DNA of 64,000 nucleotides from Vicugna vicugna (Eukaryota): positions 372,001-436,000 of the forward strand of contig MU058139.1 of the NCBI GenBank assembly GCA_013265495.1. Reading direction: 5' to 3'. This document shows positions 40,745 to 53,499 of the stretch, in pieces. Every line of letters begins with the position of its first letter. The first letter of the stretch is position 1. A model generated the notes under the pieces. The model made no database searches and was not told where the DNA came from. It saw nothing but the letters and a program-made list of their open reading frames with translations. The translations under genes were made by a program, and so were the position numbers.

Positions 40745-41670
40745 GTGAGCCCTGGTAGCTCATCTTTGACCCAGAACCACTGCCATCCTTACAGTCACGG
40801 CTGGAATTGACTCCTGTGAGTCGATTACAGTTCGTTAACATAAGCCACACCCACATCGGGTTAGAAGCCCGGCTCAATTTAGCAAATGACTAACGCTGGC
40901 TTCTGAAGAGGTCAGGTGAGCAAAATACTGATTAAAACACTTAGAATGGCAGCATCTTCTTCAAAATTCATGTACGTAGTTAATTAAAAAAGAAAAACAG
41001 TTGTTGTATTAATTATTCACTTAACCACATAGAAGAATCTCTATCTTAGGTTACTTTGGAAGAATGAAGGGGCCTTGAGAGTTCGTTGATTCCTGTAACC
41101 GAGACGTTTACTTCCAGATACTTTTATGTAATGTTCATTTCAAGCTTGATTACAACCAAAGCTGCCTTTGATTAAAACAAACACGTGAAAAACACTCTGG
41201 GTATTTTTCCCTAAAATGGTCAAGGGCAGTCATTTACCAGGTCTGTCAGAAGAAAGAATTCCTCAAAGGATTTGAAGAAAAATCCTCATGCAAAACTCTT
41301 AGAGGTAGAGGCTTGATGCTAAAAAAAAGTCTTCGTGTCGGTCAGCTCCATGTCAGTGTAATCAGAAAAGTGCGGAGAACGCAGGAATGCTGGTCTTCAA
41401 AGGAGGGTTTTCATACTTCACACATCACAGGGTGGGAGTTTTATGCTAACGAGGCACCACAGTGCATGTGCGGTGCCCTTGGTCACTGAGCCCTTCACTT
41501 CACGTCTTGGGGTCCCAGTAACCTCAAAGGTAAATGGAGAGGCTGGATTCGCCTTTTTCTTACATTTGTTCCCTTAATACTCTTTCTGAATTACTCCTGT
41601 CCAGATGAAAGAGCACTACATTTGGGGATGCCTACGTTAATTACGAGTATTTTATTTTCTTGCCTCTAAG

Positions 41671-41852
41671 ATTGCAACCGAGAGTATACGAAGGCCTTTG
41701 GCAATCTGAAGAGCCCTGGCTGGCCGGACGACTATGCCAGTAACATGGACTGCACTGTGGTTCTCACAGTCCCCCAGAACCACACAGTTTCCCTCTTCTT
41801 TCACTCATTTGACATCGAGGACTCAAGTGGATGCACACGGGACTTCTTGGAG
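41671..41852 (+). CDS. CUBN: Cubilin exon, first half of CUB26 (absent from the supplied ORF track)
   Basis: ctctaag|AT...GAG|gtaaca; 182 nt, phase 1-0; hand translation [61 protein letters not shown]. Confidence 0.96.
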
Positions 41853-44800
41853 GTAACATACATCTGAATAGCACGGCCACGAATTATTTAAAAGATGATG
41901 AATCCCTTAAGATCTTTCACCTTCTTCTCCACTAATGTGTCTCGTGTCCCTTCCTCATTGTGTTAAATTATCCATTACTCTTTCATTTCCTAAGTAATTT
42001 ACCAGCTGTCTTCTACGTCCAGACACTCGAAGTCCAACAGGGGACAAGACATAGTCAGGGTCCCCCGGAGGCTCAAAATCTGCTGAAAGACAGACAGGAA
42101 AGCATCACCTCCTGCTGATGAACAGAGCCAGCATGGTTGGGGCACCTAATTCAGAGGGGACAGAAAAGGCTTCTTGAAGGAGCTAATGTGTGAGTTGAGA
42201 CCAGAAGGACTAGAGGGAGGTCCAAGTGCAAAGCAGCTAATTTGGAGATGGATGATGGCTGTGACTTGAAGAAGTGTGCTTGCAATAGAGATAAAAATGA
42301 ACTTAAATGATACTTAATAGTTCACCAAGCTTCCCTGATAGCCACAAGAAGTTTGGGGCATCTGCGATATTCTCTAAGGGGAGTGTTTCCTTGGCCATGT
42401 GTTTAGCAGAGGAAGGACTGCTCTGTTCCCTTCTCCTAATCTGGATGAAGAAGCATCTTTGCTCTTTGCCTGCCTCCCCCACCCCCAACCCTGCAACACC
42501 CTCCACCCTGTTCCCCCAAACACACTGGGAGAGAGCCCTCCTGTGCCTGGAGCTCAGTGCCTGTATTTTGCCATGAAACCCCAAGAGTTCACTCCAGGGT
42601 CCTTTGCAGACTCTGTTGGAAACGTGTTCATTCTTAGGAAGTAAACTGAGGTGCAACAGAAGACTTGTAGGTACAAAGATGCTGAATTCGTCTGTGAATT
42701 GAATTTACACCTCAACCTTACCCAAGACTTTCTAAATCAGCTTTGTTTCATGTACACGCAAATCTTTGGTAAGGTTTCCCAAAAGTCTGTTTGCTCCGCT
42801 ACACCTGTTAAGTTTTATCATCCTGGAATGTTCTCTCCTCTAGAATTAATCTAAGTCCTCTATGAAAGAATATTCTCAATGGATTGTGTAGTCAGAGGAA
42901 GCTCCTGCCTTTTTCTGGGGAAACTTTGCCATGGCGGGAGGCTGGGAGGAGATGGATGCAGTGGGGAGACAGTACTGTTTGCATCAGTCACATTATTACA
43001 CTCAGACCTACATACCTCACCCACCGTGGAGGCTGAACAGTTACGTGAGGTGTAAAGCAGAAAGGGGAGGAGTGGGATGGGGGAAAGGAACAGCATGGTC
43101 CCGACAGCTCAGAGTCACAGTGCAGCTGGATGGTTCACATCCAGCCTGAGCTGACCCTCATGGACTAGCATTAACTTTGCCATTTCCTCTGGATACCGGG
43201 GAGCAAGGGCTGGCTCTCCAGCATTGGGGGGTGACAACTGTCCCCCACCAGCTGCCCTCCCTTGTCCCATAGAAACGGGTCTGAAACTTCCTATCCAATA
43301 AGCAAAGACAGGAAACTGCAACATAGGCCTGTAAAGTATGGCTGTGTCTGGTTTTTGGCAGGAAGATCCTGGCACAGGTTTATTGGCGGCCTCAGCATCC
43401 CATTCACTTTAACGGTGATGATGGGATGGAAATTTCTTACTGATGATACCTATTACTACCACGCAAGGGCCTGGCTCCGGGTCCCATATAGTATCTGCAC
43501 TTGCCTTCACCTCCCCTTTCAGGGTCATCTAAAGCCCCAGAGATGCCCACTGCTCTTGTCCCATTCCTCCTGTGCAGAAAGAATGTGCTAAGGATGAGAC
43601 CTTAGCACATTCAGTGGGACTTAATGTCTCCCTCCTCCCAGAGCATCAGCTGGAAAGGGGACCTGGAGGAAAAAGACCCAGAGACCTAAAGCCAAGAAGG
43701 TCATGGGGGCAGGTTGGACCCCCAGCATTCCTGCATATGGCGGCCCTGTGGGCTGAAAGCCAACTGGTTACTCCATCCATGGCACGGCCACGTGGTTTAA
43801 CCACTTAGCAGAATAATCCAAAAAAGCACCAGAAAGGCATTTTTTTTCTCCCCCTGGCTACTGCTACATAGACCGACAGGGAACCTCTCCAGATCAACAC
43901 AACCCAACAAGGCTACCCACTGCGCCTCTGAAGAAACTCTATGACTTGAGACAACTAGCAGTTAACCACTTGTTAAACGCTGGAATTATAAAGGGGATGG
44001 AGGCACCTCCAAGATTTGAAATACATGCATCAGGATAAAGTCAGCATCCATCCATGTGGAGCTGCTTCCAACTCTCCACTGCCTGGATAACATGTCTTGA
44101 ATACCCCTCAAGCATCCTCCTCGGTGTAGGGCTGGTGTGACTGTGTAGCAGGAGTCAGGCTTGAGGACAAAACGGGGTTGAATTCACGGTGTGGTTACCC
44201 ACGCTCACACGCCGCCGCGTTTCCTTTTTTCACCTGTCTACTCCATGCAGTGAACCAAAAAAAAAAATACATATATATATTCCTCTTCAAAATGTGTTTT
44301 TAAAATGTATCTAACAGTCAGAAATTTTATGGATTTATGGAATTATGTCTTTTTTCCATATAAAAATTCCTTTTGCTTTGTACTTTATCATTCTTTGTCC
44401 GTTGTAGCTTTTTCATAACCCCTTTATAGCTGAGCAATTTTCAAGGAGGGGAAAAACGTAAGTGCAGTTTGGGGAATAAAGTAGGACTGAATTGACTGCA
44501 AACAAAGCAAATTGATATTTTTCTCCCTCCGCCCTCTTTTAAAAATTCACTTTAATTACATTCTTCAAACTGTCTCCCCAGGAACAAAGGTAAAGCTAAT
44601 TGCCTACATACCACTCAGCTAGTTGCGTGTAGAAACGTGGTTTCATATTTTAATGACTGGAGATTAACAGATATTTCTGAATCCTAGTATAAGTGGTTTT
44701 TGATCTACAAATTGAATGTTTCTCTTCTTTGCAAGTCAAGGTGATTTCTGTATGTGTTAACCTTTCATTAAATACCTAAAAAGACTAAGTTTTTTCCCAA

Positions 44801-44899
44801 AACAGTTGGCATTCCAGTCGTCTCGCATCTTCACATGTAAACCGTCAATAAATCAGAGGAAAAGGCACGATATGTCTAATTAATGACTCGTTTTTGAAG

Positions 44900-45065
44900 G
44901 TAAGAAATGGGAGTGAGAGCAGTTCACCGTTACTTGGCACGTACTGTGGGACTCTGCTGCCAAATCCCATTTTCTCCGGAAGTCGTGAGCTGTACCTACG
45001 ATTCAAGAGTGACGGGGCAACTTCCGGTCACGGATATGAAATTATCTGGACCTCGTCGGCCTCTG
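44900..45065 (+). CDS. CUBN: Cubilin exon, second half of CUB26
   Basis: tttgaag|GTA...TCTG|gtaaga; 166 nt, phase 0-1; [38 protein letters not shown]...[11 protein letters not shown]. Confidence 0.96.
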
Positions 45066-45687
45066 GTAAGACATCTGTGCTTTGTGAGGGAAGTAGTGCA
45101 GCCGAGAAAAACACACGGTGTCCAACAGAAAAAGACAATTAAAGTGATCTGATCTTCCCCCTCATCTGTGTACTTGATTATTTTCTGTTAAAAATAGAGA
45201 TTTTTTTAATCTCAATGAAAGTAGAGATTGACAAAAATTCTACTTTTATTCATCATTTCTGTAGGGAATATATACTTACATATAAAGCACAGGTAAGGTA
45301 TTAAGATTTTTAAATTTCTTTATAAATTCTGATTTTGTCATATTTTTAATTTTTGGTTTGATTATCAAGGTAGTTCTCTGAGAATTAAAACAAACAAACA
45401 AACAAAAAACTTGGCCCCAAAGCCAATTTCCGAGCAGATACTTGCGTATGCGTAAGTAAGCAGCTGTGTTCCTCAGAGACCTTCTCACTTCTTGGCAGTC
45501 CCGCAGGTTAATGGCTTTTACGGGCAGTAAGCACCTTCCTGAGTTTGTGGTTGGCTGACCAAATAAGTGAGGGAAATTTAAGTCATGTCAGTACATTTAA
45601 CTCAAGAGAGGAAGGATACCTTGATGAAATGTCCCTGAAAATATCTAAAAACGTTCAAAATAAAAATTATTAAAAAAGGACTCATTT

Positions 45688-46083
45688 TTCTCCAGGAAGT
45701 GGGCATCGAGGGAACAGGAGAGGGGGGAAGGGGGAGGGAGGGATAGGAGTTTGGGATTAACAGATACACACTACTATATATAAAATAGATAAACAAGGAC
45801 CTACTGTAGAGCACAGGGAAGTACACTCAATATCTTGTAATAACATATAATGGGAAAGAATTTGAAAAGAAAATATATATACATATGTATATGTGTAACA
45901 ATTGCTTTGCTGTACACCTGAAACTAACATTGTAAATCAATTATACTTCAATAAAAAATATGAATTAGAAAAACAAAAACACTAACCACCCTCACACCCT
46001 GAGGCCACTCTCCCTTCTGAGATGGACCACATTCTGTCTATGGAATGTGTATCTCTCTAAATAAACTCGTTTTCACTTAAAAA
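45688..46083 (+). mobile_element. Young L1 3' end with an extra 3' segment (probable transduction)
   Basis: 16-bp TSD AAAAAAGGACTCATTT at 45672-45687 and 46084-46099; TT/AAAA endonuclease site; two AATAAA signals (45950, 46060). Confidence 0.88.
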
Positions 46084-47009
46084 AAAAAAGGACTCATTTC
46101 AAATATCCTGCTGTTCTAGAAAAGGATTCTATCAAGACAGTCATAGATAACAATTTCTTGGCACCTGAAAAAAGGTAACAGATGATCTCTCTGCCCTCAT
46201 TTTACAGATGAGGCAATAAAACAAACTTAGCTGAGCTGCCCAAATGCACAGGTAGATTGTGGCAGAGGCAGGACCAAAACTCCAGGGCTCAGACACCCAA
46301 GCCAGCGCTTTCTAATTACTTCCCGCAGTCAGTTCCTGTGCACAGGAATCCTGGATCCCCATGGCTGTCTGGTCTAAATAATGATAACTTTCCTGTACAT
46401 ATTGTCAAACTGAACAAATTAACACCAGTATTTAAAGAGCTTTGGCTTTGCGTTACGTCAGTCTCGAAACTGTCAGTTATAAGCCTGGTCAAGTCACTTT
46501 TATAACAAAGTAACTACTGTCAAAACCTAAAATAACACCCTTTCTTTGGTTCTGCCCCAGAATTTCACTTTTAATTTTTCTTCACCCACATCATTATCGT
46601 CGACTTATTGCTAGTGAAGAGAGCGCTACACCATCAAAAGTAGCCAAATCAACTTTAATTGCTCTCTCCTACAGTTTCTTTATCAAGTTGCCAGTTTTCT
46701 CAGTGTGTTCTTAACCCACTATTTTCAAAGGACAGACCTGGAGGAAGTCTTCCCTAAGTCGTGATAGTCAGGGAAAGAAAGGATTGTCCGGTGCAGGTGG
46801 AGGTGGGGGTGGGATAGGGGAGCAGGTGGTGAGGGAGTGGGCAGGAGGTGGCTCAAAGAAGGAACAAAAAAGGGTTTCTGTATCCACTTTTCTTGCAGAG
46901 GGTCTCAGCACCTTAAGAAAATAACCACCTCATTGCCTGAAGCGCACTAAAGCACGCTGGATGGTTTATACCCCATTGAATCAAACTTCCTGCAAATGTT
47001 TCCTTGTAG

Positions 47010-47245
47010 GCTGTGGTGGGACTCTTTACGGAGACAGCGGCTCGGTCACCAGCCCTGGCTATCCGGGCACTTACCCAAATAACACTCACTGCGAATGGGC
47101 CATCATTGCTCCTGCTGGAAGGCTTGTCACCGTCAGCTTTTACTTTGTCAGCATTGACGATCCCGGAGACTGTGTCCAGAACTATCTCATCCTGTACAAT
47201 GGACCCGATGCTAATTCTCCATCCTCTGGACCATATTGTGGCGCA
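47010..47245 (+). CDS. CUBN: Cubilin penultimate exon, first part of CUB27
   Basis: cttgtag|GC...GCA|gtgagt; 236 nt, phase 1-0; [30 protein letters not shown]...GPYCGA. Confidence 0.97.
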
Positions 47246-47393
47246 GTGAGTAAAACGAACTTTAAAAAATTCCCATTTGCTGTTTGTAATAATAAAGTAG
47301 CTTAGTATCCACTTTTAAAGGCAGACATATGAAATCAGAGACCACAGTGCACTCTTGTGTTTTCTGACTTTCCTTTTTATTTTGGGAGCACGA

Positions 47394-47407
47394 ATGCCAC
47401 CTAGTGG
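47394..47407 (-). promoter_or_regulatory. CTCF core motif
   Basis: Minus strand CCACTAGGTGGCAT. Confidence 0.6.
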
Positions 47408-47424
47408 GCACTGCATCAAATTAA

Positions 47425-47610
47425 CAGTAATAGTAAACTTGGCTGTGCATCATAATCACCTATGCAGTTAATTAGCGTTGCAGACTTCCAGCCCCACTCA
47501 ACCTACTGAATCAGAATTTCTGGGAGAGGATCTATGGCCTACTGCATGCTGCTTTTTGAAAGCTCCATGGTGATGTCAATGCACTGCCCAGGGTTGAATA
47601 TCCATGGTCA
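47425..47610. mobile_element. MER5-like hAT element
   Basis: aaacttggctgtgcatcataatcacc...acctactgaatcagaat...aagctccatggtgat. Confidence 0.7.
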
Positions 47611-47630
47611 TTTCTACGTGAATAGAACTA

Positions 47631-47833
47631 CAGTCTTCCCTGGGTATCCACAGGGAATTGGTTCCAGGACCCCCTGTGGATACCAAATCCTAGGATTCTC
47701 AAGTCCCTTATAAAAACTGGCCAAGGGCAACGAATACAGTCAGTCCTCTGTATCCGCAGTTCCGTATCTGTGGGATTCCGTGGTTGGTTGAATCCGTGAC
47801 GCAGAGGAACTTGCCCTTAGGGAGGGCAGACTG
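47631..47833. mobile_element. MER2-like TcMar-Tigger MITE
   Basis: TA TSDs; terminal inverted repeats CAGTCTTCCCT...AGGGCAGACTG; internal ttggttccaggacccc...ggataccaaa. Confidence 0.8.
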
Positions 47834-50266
47834 TATAGGAAATTTGGATGCCTGGCTCCATTTCATTCACTTCTTGCTGAAAATTGTGGGAATTCTCTGA
47901 AGAAATACTCAGGGATATTAACAGCTGGCCTGGGGACTAATGATCTTTTTTTTTTCCATAAATTTCAAGTGTATTGGAACTTCCCCAAAAGTTAAGTTCG
48001 AATTCTGACATTGACTCAGTATTGCTTGCATCTGCCCTCACTGCCCCCTCCTTTGTTTGTGAATAGATTGTCTACAGAGCTTTCATGTACGGGAGATGTG
48101 GCTACCGATAAGTTCCTTGTTTCCTACTCCTCTGCTCTTAACTCATTTATGCCTTCTTAGCAAACTGAATTCTTAGAATTACATCTGCTGGAAATTTAGA
48201 GTTCTTAGAATATAACTTACAGTTTGTAAAACTGATAAAATGTTCTACTCGGAAGTATTAAAAATAGATACTTTTTTTTTAAAACTCTGAGAATTCTTCT
48301 ATATATTCTTCCAAACTTTTCTTTGAATATATTTGCAATATACACATATTTTATTCTGTTTTGTGGCTGTCATTAACATCTGATCATTAAAAACACTGAT
48401 GTGTCATATTTAATCATTGGATGGTTTTCTGTTGCATGGGTGCAGCCTAACTTACTGAACAAAGCTTCTCTGGTTTATAGACAACATTTTAACAAACTCT
48501 CTGGTAGCTCTGCCCTTATACACAGCCAATAATTTGGGGAGAAATTTGGGTCCCCTCATCACTAGACATTGTATTATACTTATTCACAGGGGGACACAGA
48601 AAAGAGTGCACAGTGAATGTGTCACGTGTCAGATGTAGAAGCTGACGAGGTCTTAGTCATTTAGTTGAAATTTGTAAACATTTCATAAGGGAGGAAATGA
48701 AACCATTTTCACAATATCATTGTTTTCCATTATTTTATGTCTCTACGGCTTTTTTTTTTTTTCCAAACATGCAACCCCATTCAATCCTGTGACAATCCTG
48801 TGAGGTGGAAAGAACAAAGAAAACCTGGACTGTGCAGATAAAAGAAAACTGAGGCACATTCAATTCAAGTCTGTAATAGAAATGTCAATTTTTTAAACTG
48901 CTGGCATTCACAATATTTGTTTTGCATTTTCTTTTCAAGTGTACTTGTTTTCTTTTTTAAAGATGCTATGGATTTCTTTAGTTTTGTTTTTGCTTTTTTG
49001 TTTTTAGCACTGAGCTCAGTGTATTCACAGAGTGATGTTGGAAGTCACTCCTTAGATTGCTAGTCATATGACACTTTGAAGATGTTTTCCTGTACAGTCA
49101 TTGTCATTGTTCATGGGCACCACTCTCAGTAACAGAATCTGAACATCTGGAACCATGAAAGAATAAAAGAAAAAGCAAGTGAATCAAAGGAGACTTTAAA
49201 ACTTCTGTCATCTGCTCATACTGTTTTCTCAACACAGCAGTAACAAGGAGAAATGTGGGAGCAGGTTGAAATGGAAGGAAAACGTGCATGCACCGGGGCA
49301 GTGTACAATATTGTATGTACCCCGATGTATCTGTTAGGAAAAAATATCCCTGTGCTGCACACACCTGAATAATTTACTAACTTAGAAAAAAGTCTGTTTT
49401 GTGATGACTCTTACATAGGACTAAGGCAGTTGGACCCAGCAGAATAGAGGGGCAGGGCCCCCGTCTGCAACCTTGACCCTGTGTGACAGCCTCAGCCTCC
49501 CGGACATTTCACTGACTTATTTGCTTCATAGTTCACCTTCTCCCATTAAAAAGTAAGCTTCATGCAAGCAGGGCTTTTTGTACGTTTGGTTCATTTTTTT
49601 ATATCCTTAGTGCTAAAAATAATTCCTGTAACAGGGAAGTCTCTCAATAAATAGTTGTTAAATGAATGACTCGGAAATGAGAGAAAACAAAGACCCATCT
49701 CCCCACCACTCACCCCCAGCAGACACACACTGTTCCCCACAAAGGATGTGAAAGTAAATCCCCAAAGGAAACTACAGATGTTAAGGGGGGAAAGTAGTAT
49801 ACTTGACTCATATGATCGTTTTCTTTGCAAATACAAGTTGTTTTTCCATCAGACAAATGAAAATTTCAGTAACAACTTGAATTGGAAATTCAATTTTTAG
49901 TGATGGTTTCATGGAGATGTAATTTGCATACCACAGAATTCATCTGCTTAAAGAGTAAAATTTAGTACATTCGCGGAGTTGTGTAGCTGTTGTCCAATCA
50001 ATTTGAAAACATCCTCGTTCCCCCAGAGAGAAACCCTGAATCCATTAGCAGTCACTCCCTCTCGCCCCTCAACCCCAACCCCCAGCCATATTCCTTTGTA
50101 AATTCTCTACATTAATTCTAGAAGCATGTGCAGGTTTACTGTAAATTCTAGAAAGCTGCTTTAGGTTGTACTTTTTTAAAAAAATTACACTTAATACTTC
50201 TAGAAAAATAATCAGACTTGTGAAATAGATAATTTGTTACTTCTCCCCCCCCCGCCCCAATTTTAG

Positions 50267-50374
50267 GACACTGATATAGCTCCTTTTGTGGCCTCTTCCC
50301 ATCGTGTCTTCATCAAATTTCATGCGGATTATGCGGCGCGACCCTCAGCAATCCGCCTAACGTGGGACAGCTGA
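50267..50374 (+). CDS. CUBN: Cubilin terminal coding exon (end of CUB27 plus TGA stop; absent from the ORF track)
   Basis: ttttag|GAC; DTDIAPFVASSHRVFIKFHADYAARPSAIRLTWDS*, matching the cubilin C-terminus (...RLTWDS). Confidence 0.97.
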   Translation, partial: DTDIAPFVASSHRVFIKFHADYAARPSAIRLTWDS

Positions 50375-50669
50375 CCCCGAGAGCCCGGGTCCGCTCGGCA
50401 CTTTGGTGTGTCTGCAGGGGCTGGACCCGCAGACCTCACGCGGGATGGGATCCTGCCATCCTGATCCCTTGAACCCCCAGCCTGTGCCCTGAGAAGAATG
50501 TGAACTTTTATGTTTTTCATCAAAGCATATATGGAATCAACATTTGTATATACCTTGTGAAGGTAGAATGTAGCTTCTTTATTCTAATAGTTTGAGCTGA
50601 AATTTTCTAAAAACCCTTAAAGAGTCAGAAATGATTACGGCACGTGCACTGTGTAAATTTCCGAAAGTT

Positions 50670-50772
50670 AATAAAATAGGAGTGCGATTTTCACTGCGAA
50701 TGTCAAACGGGGGATAATAAACATTACTGAAAGGTAAACCATGATGCTGAATTCATTTTTTAACTCATTAAA
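50670..50772 (+). terminator. CUBN: Candidate CUBN polyadenylation signals
   Basis: AATAAA at 50670-50675 and 50716-50721, ATTAAA at 50767-50772, about 300-400 nt after the stop codon. Confidence 0.7.
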
Positions 50773-53499
50773 ATTTAGTCTTTCCCTGTGGGGTCCATAT
50801 AAAATTGCAAGCTGAGTGTTTACATTTTGACGAAGTCTGTGAGTCCTTCAGGATGGGAACTCCGGAGCCAAGCTGCCTGTCTAGTTAACTTCCGCACGTG
50901 TGGCTGTTGTCAAGTCCTAGTTTAACAACACATAGTTATACATAGTTAAGCGAAGCTTTTAGAAAGTTTTTTTTTTCTGCCTTTACCAAAGAGCCATTAG
51001 GTTAAATATGCAAAGTTAAGTCTTATTAAGATCATGGGACCAAGCGAATGAAAGACATTATCAAATGTGTTACTTCCTTTTTCTCTATGACTCAAATGCC
51101 CAAGGAGGGATCTTGGCACAGAGTTTAGAGCCACATAAATAAGATGTTCTCACCTTAAAAATTCCTGCTTCCTTTAATTCTATGATGGATTGATAAATCA
51201 ACCCTATGGGTGACACCCTATTGAGGAGAAGGGTGAATGCAATGAAGAGACAGGCTGGAACCAAAACCCCCAAGGTGAAATTTGATTGGGGAAGACATAA
51301 GATCTAGCTCTTTCATCTAAAAATGAATCACCAAGATACAGAATATGGAGAAAGGTGTGCAATAACCCATGAACTAGGAATTTTAGCTAAAAGCAAGATT
51401 AACATATGCTGTAGAAGATGCTTTGTTCTGTGATTGCATCGTTCAAGTAATGGTGTCTACAAGAGTCATTTTCATTCAGGGAGACACACGATCCTAGGAG
51501 GTATATGAGAACTGAAAAAAAAAACCATCGTCGATATTATGATGTTTTAAAATTGAAAACTTAACAACAGGAAATAAGAATATCTTCTCTCATTCCGTAG
51601 GCCGTAAGTAGAATCCAAAAAGCCATGATGTAAGATGAATGGGCTTGAGGGGTGGGTGAGGGGAGGCCTTAACTTGGAAGGGAAGGGAGCCCAGGAGTGA
51701 GGGGAGCCAGGCTTCCACACAGTGACCTTTCTCCCCACTCCTTTTCTGTCTCCCTAAAGAACTGGACCTTAGCAGGAAGGACAGAGCACCTGCCTTTTGG
51801 TCTTCAAGGTTAAGTCAGCCATTGCTGGCCAGAGTCACCCTCATCTGACCTTCAGGATGGGATATCTCAGCAAGAGGACACCGCAGGCCAGGAATCTCCT
51901 GGCACCTCAGACATTCTCGGGAAGAATGTTGTAGGGGATGGATGGGGCAGGTGACAGTTTGGCGGGGCTAGGAGATAATTTCCTATTAAATTTCAGTTTC
52001 ACGTAATAGGAGGAATTTGTTAAAAATCAGTTACATTCACCAAACAAGTACTAAGATCTTTCATTTTATTAAAAAAAAAAATGAGAACTACCATCTATGT
52101 GACATGTGCTCTATGCCAGGCATTGTTCTCACATCACTCACTGAAATGGAACACAAAGAACCTTCATCCCCATCTTACAGCTGAGCAAAATGAGGTACGA
52201 TGGAAAAGTTACCTAAACTTGCGTGACACAGCTGAGATTTTAACCTCAGCAACCAACCAAGAGAGTACCTCCCCTCCTGCCTGAAGGATTGAGTGTGACC
52301 TTTTTAAAATATGACAGTCCAACTTCTATCGTAGATCTAGTGACATTATTAAAAAAGACTGACACTGTTGTATGACCTAGAAAAAATTAGAATGCAATAG
52401 CTGTTGGTTTGGTGAAATGTTAGAGATGACACAGAGTCAAAAATAATGTTAATGGAAGAAAATTTTTAACTTACAGAGACCTCATGTCACTCCGTGGCCA
52501 TCAATTTAATGGGGAGATTACTGGAAGAAAAATGATACGATGATTTTTGGAGATTTAATGAGAAATTTGCTTTTCAAATTTTAATGTGGTGACTTACTTT
52601 ATATGTTTCTTAGTAGTTTGTTATAAATACAGGTTAGAGACTAAAAAGCATTTTTAAATGCATGAGTAATGTAACGGTTAATGTGAATTGACCTGCTGTT
52701 CTCATAGTCTGGAGTGCCACCTGTAGCCCATGCATCTTCCATGCTGTCTCTAACTGGCCCACCATGTGGGCTTGAAGGCAGGAATAGAACATCCCTCCAT
52801 ATTGAGGCATAAATTAAGTAAGCATGGGGTCCTTAGCAGTGATGCTGCAGAGGGGATTTAAGCTCTGGTAAATACTGACTTTTTCTTGCAGGACTGGCTA
52901 CCTAATTTACCCAGTGCAAAAAGGAAAATGGATGATCCCTTGTCTAAAAATTATTAAGTATTCCAAGCCAGTGACAACAGAGCATTAAACCAAGCATGGG
53001 CCCATTCCAGCCTGGAGCTTTGGGTCACTGTATGCACAGTCTGCATATCCAGGAAGCCAGCCCCGTTTTCATGCTATAAAAATCTGGAACTTAGGGACAC
53101 ACAGTTCATTAAGATTTGGTAAAAGTGAAAAGAAAGAGAGCAGATAATAAGGGAATGAAAACAAATCTCTGGAAAAGTGGAAATGAAGGCAAGTGTGATG
53201 AAAATTAAACAGAAAGAAAAGGTACCCCGAAATAAATTCAAGGGGGAAATGCAGCAGGACTGGGAATTGATTTTCCATAGGTTATCTAGTTGGGGGGCTG
53301 GCAGGTACAGTGTGAGGGAGTGAGACAGGAAGTAACAACTGTATCCATTGATGCTCACATTTCCCCATTTCCTTCTACTAGTTAAGGCAGCCTGGTGGTC
53401 CCAGGTGGCCATAAAACTGGGTTCTAACCTCTGAAGGAATTTAACCAACAGCCTAGGGAAAATTTATGTTGACCAAGGAGGGAAACAAATTCACATCAA

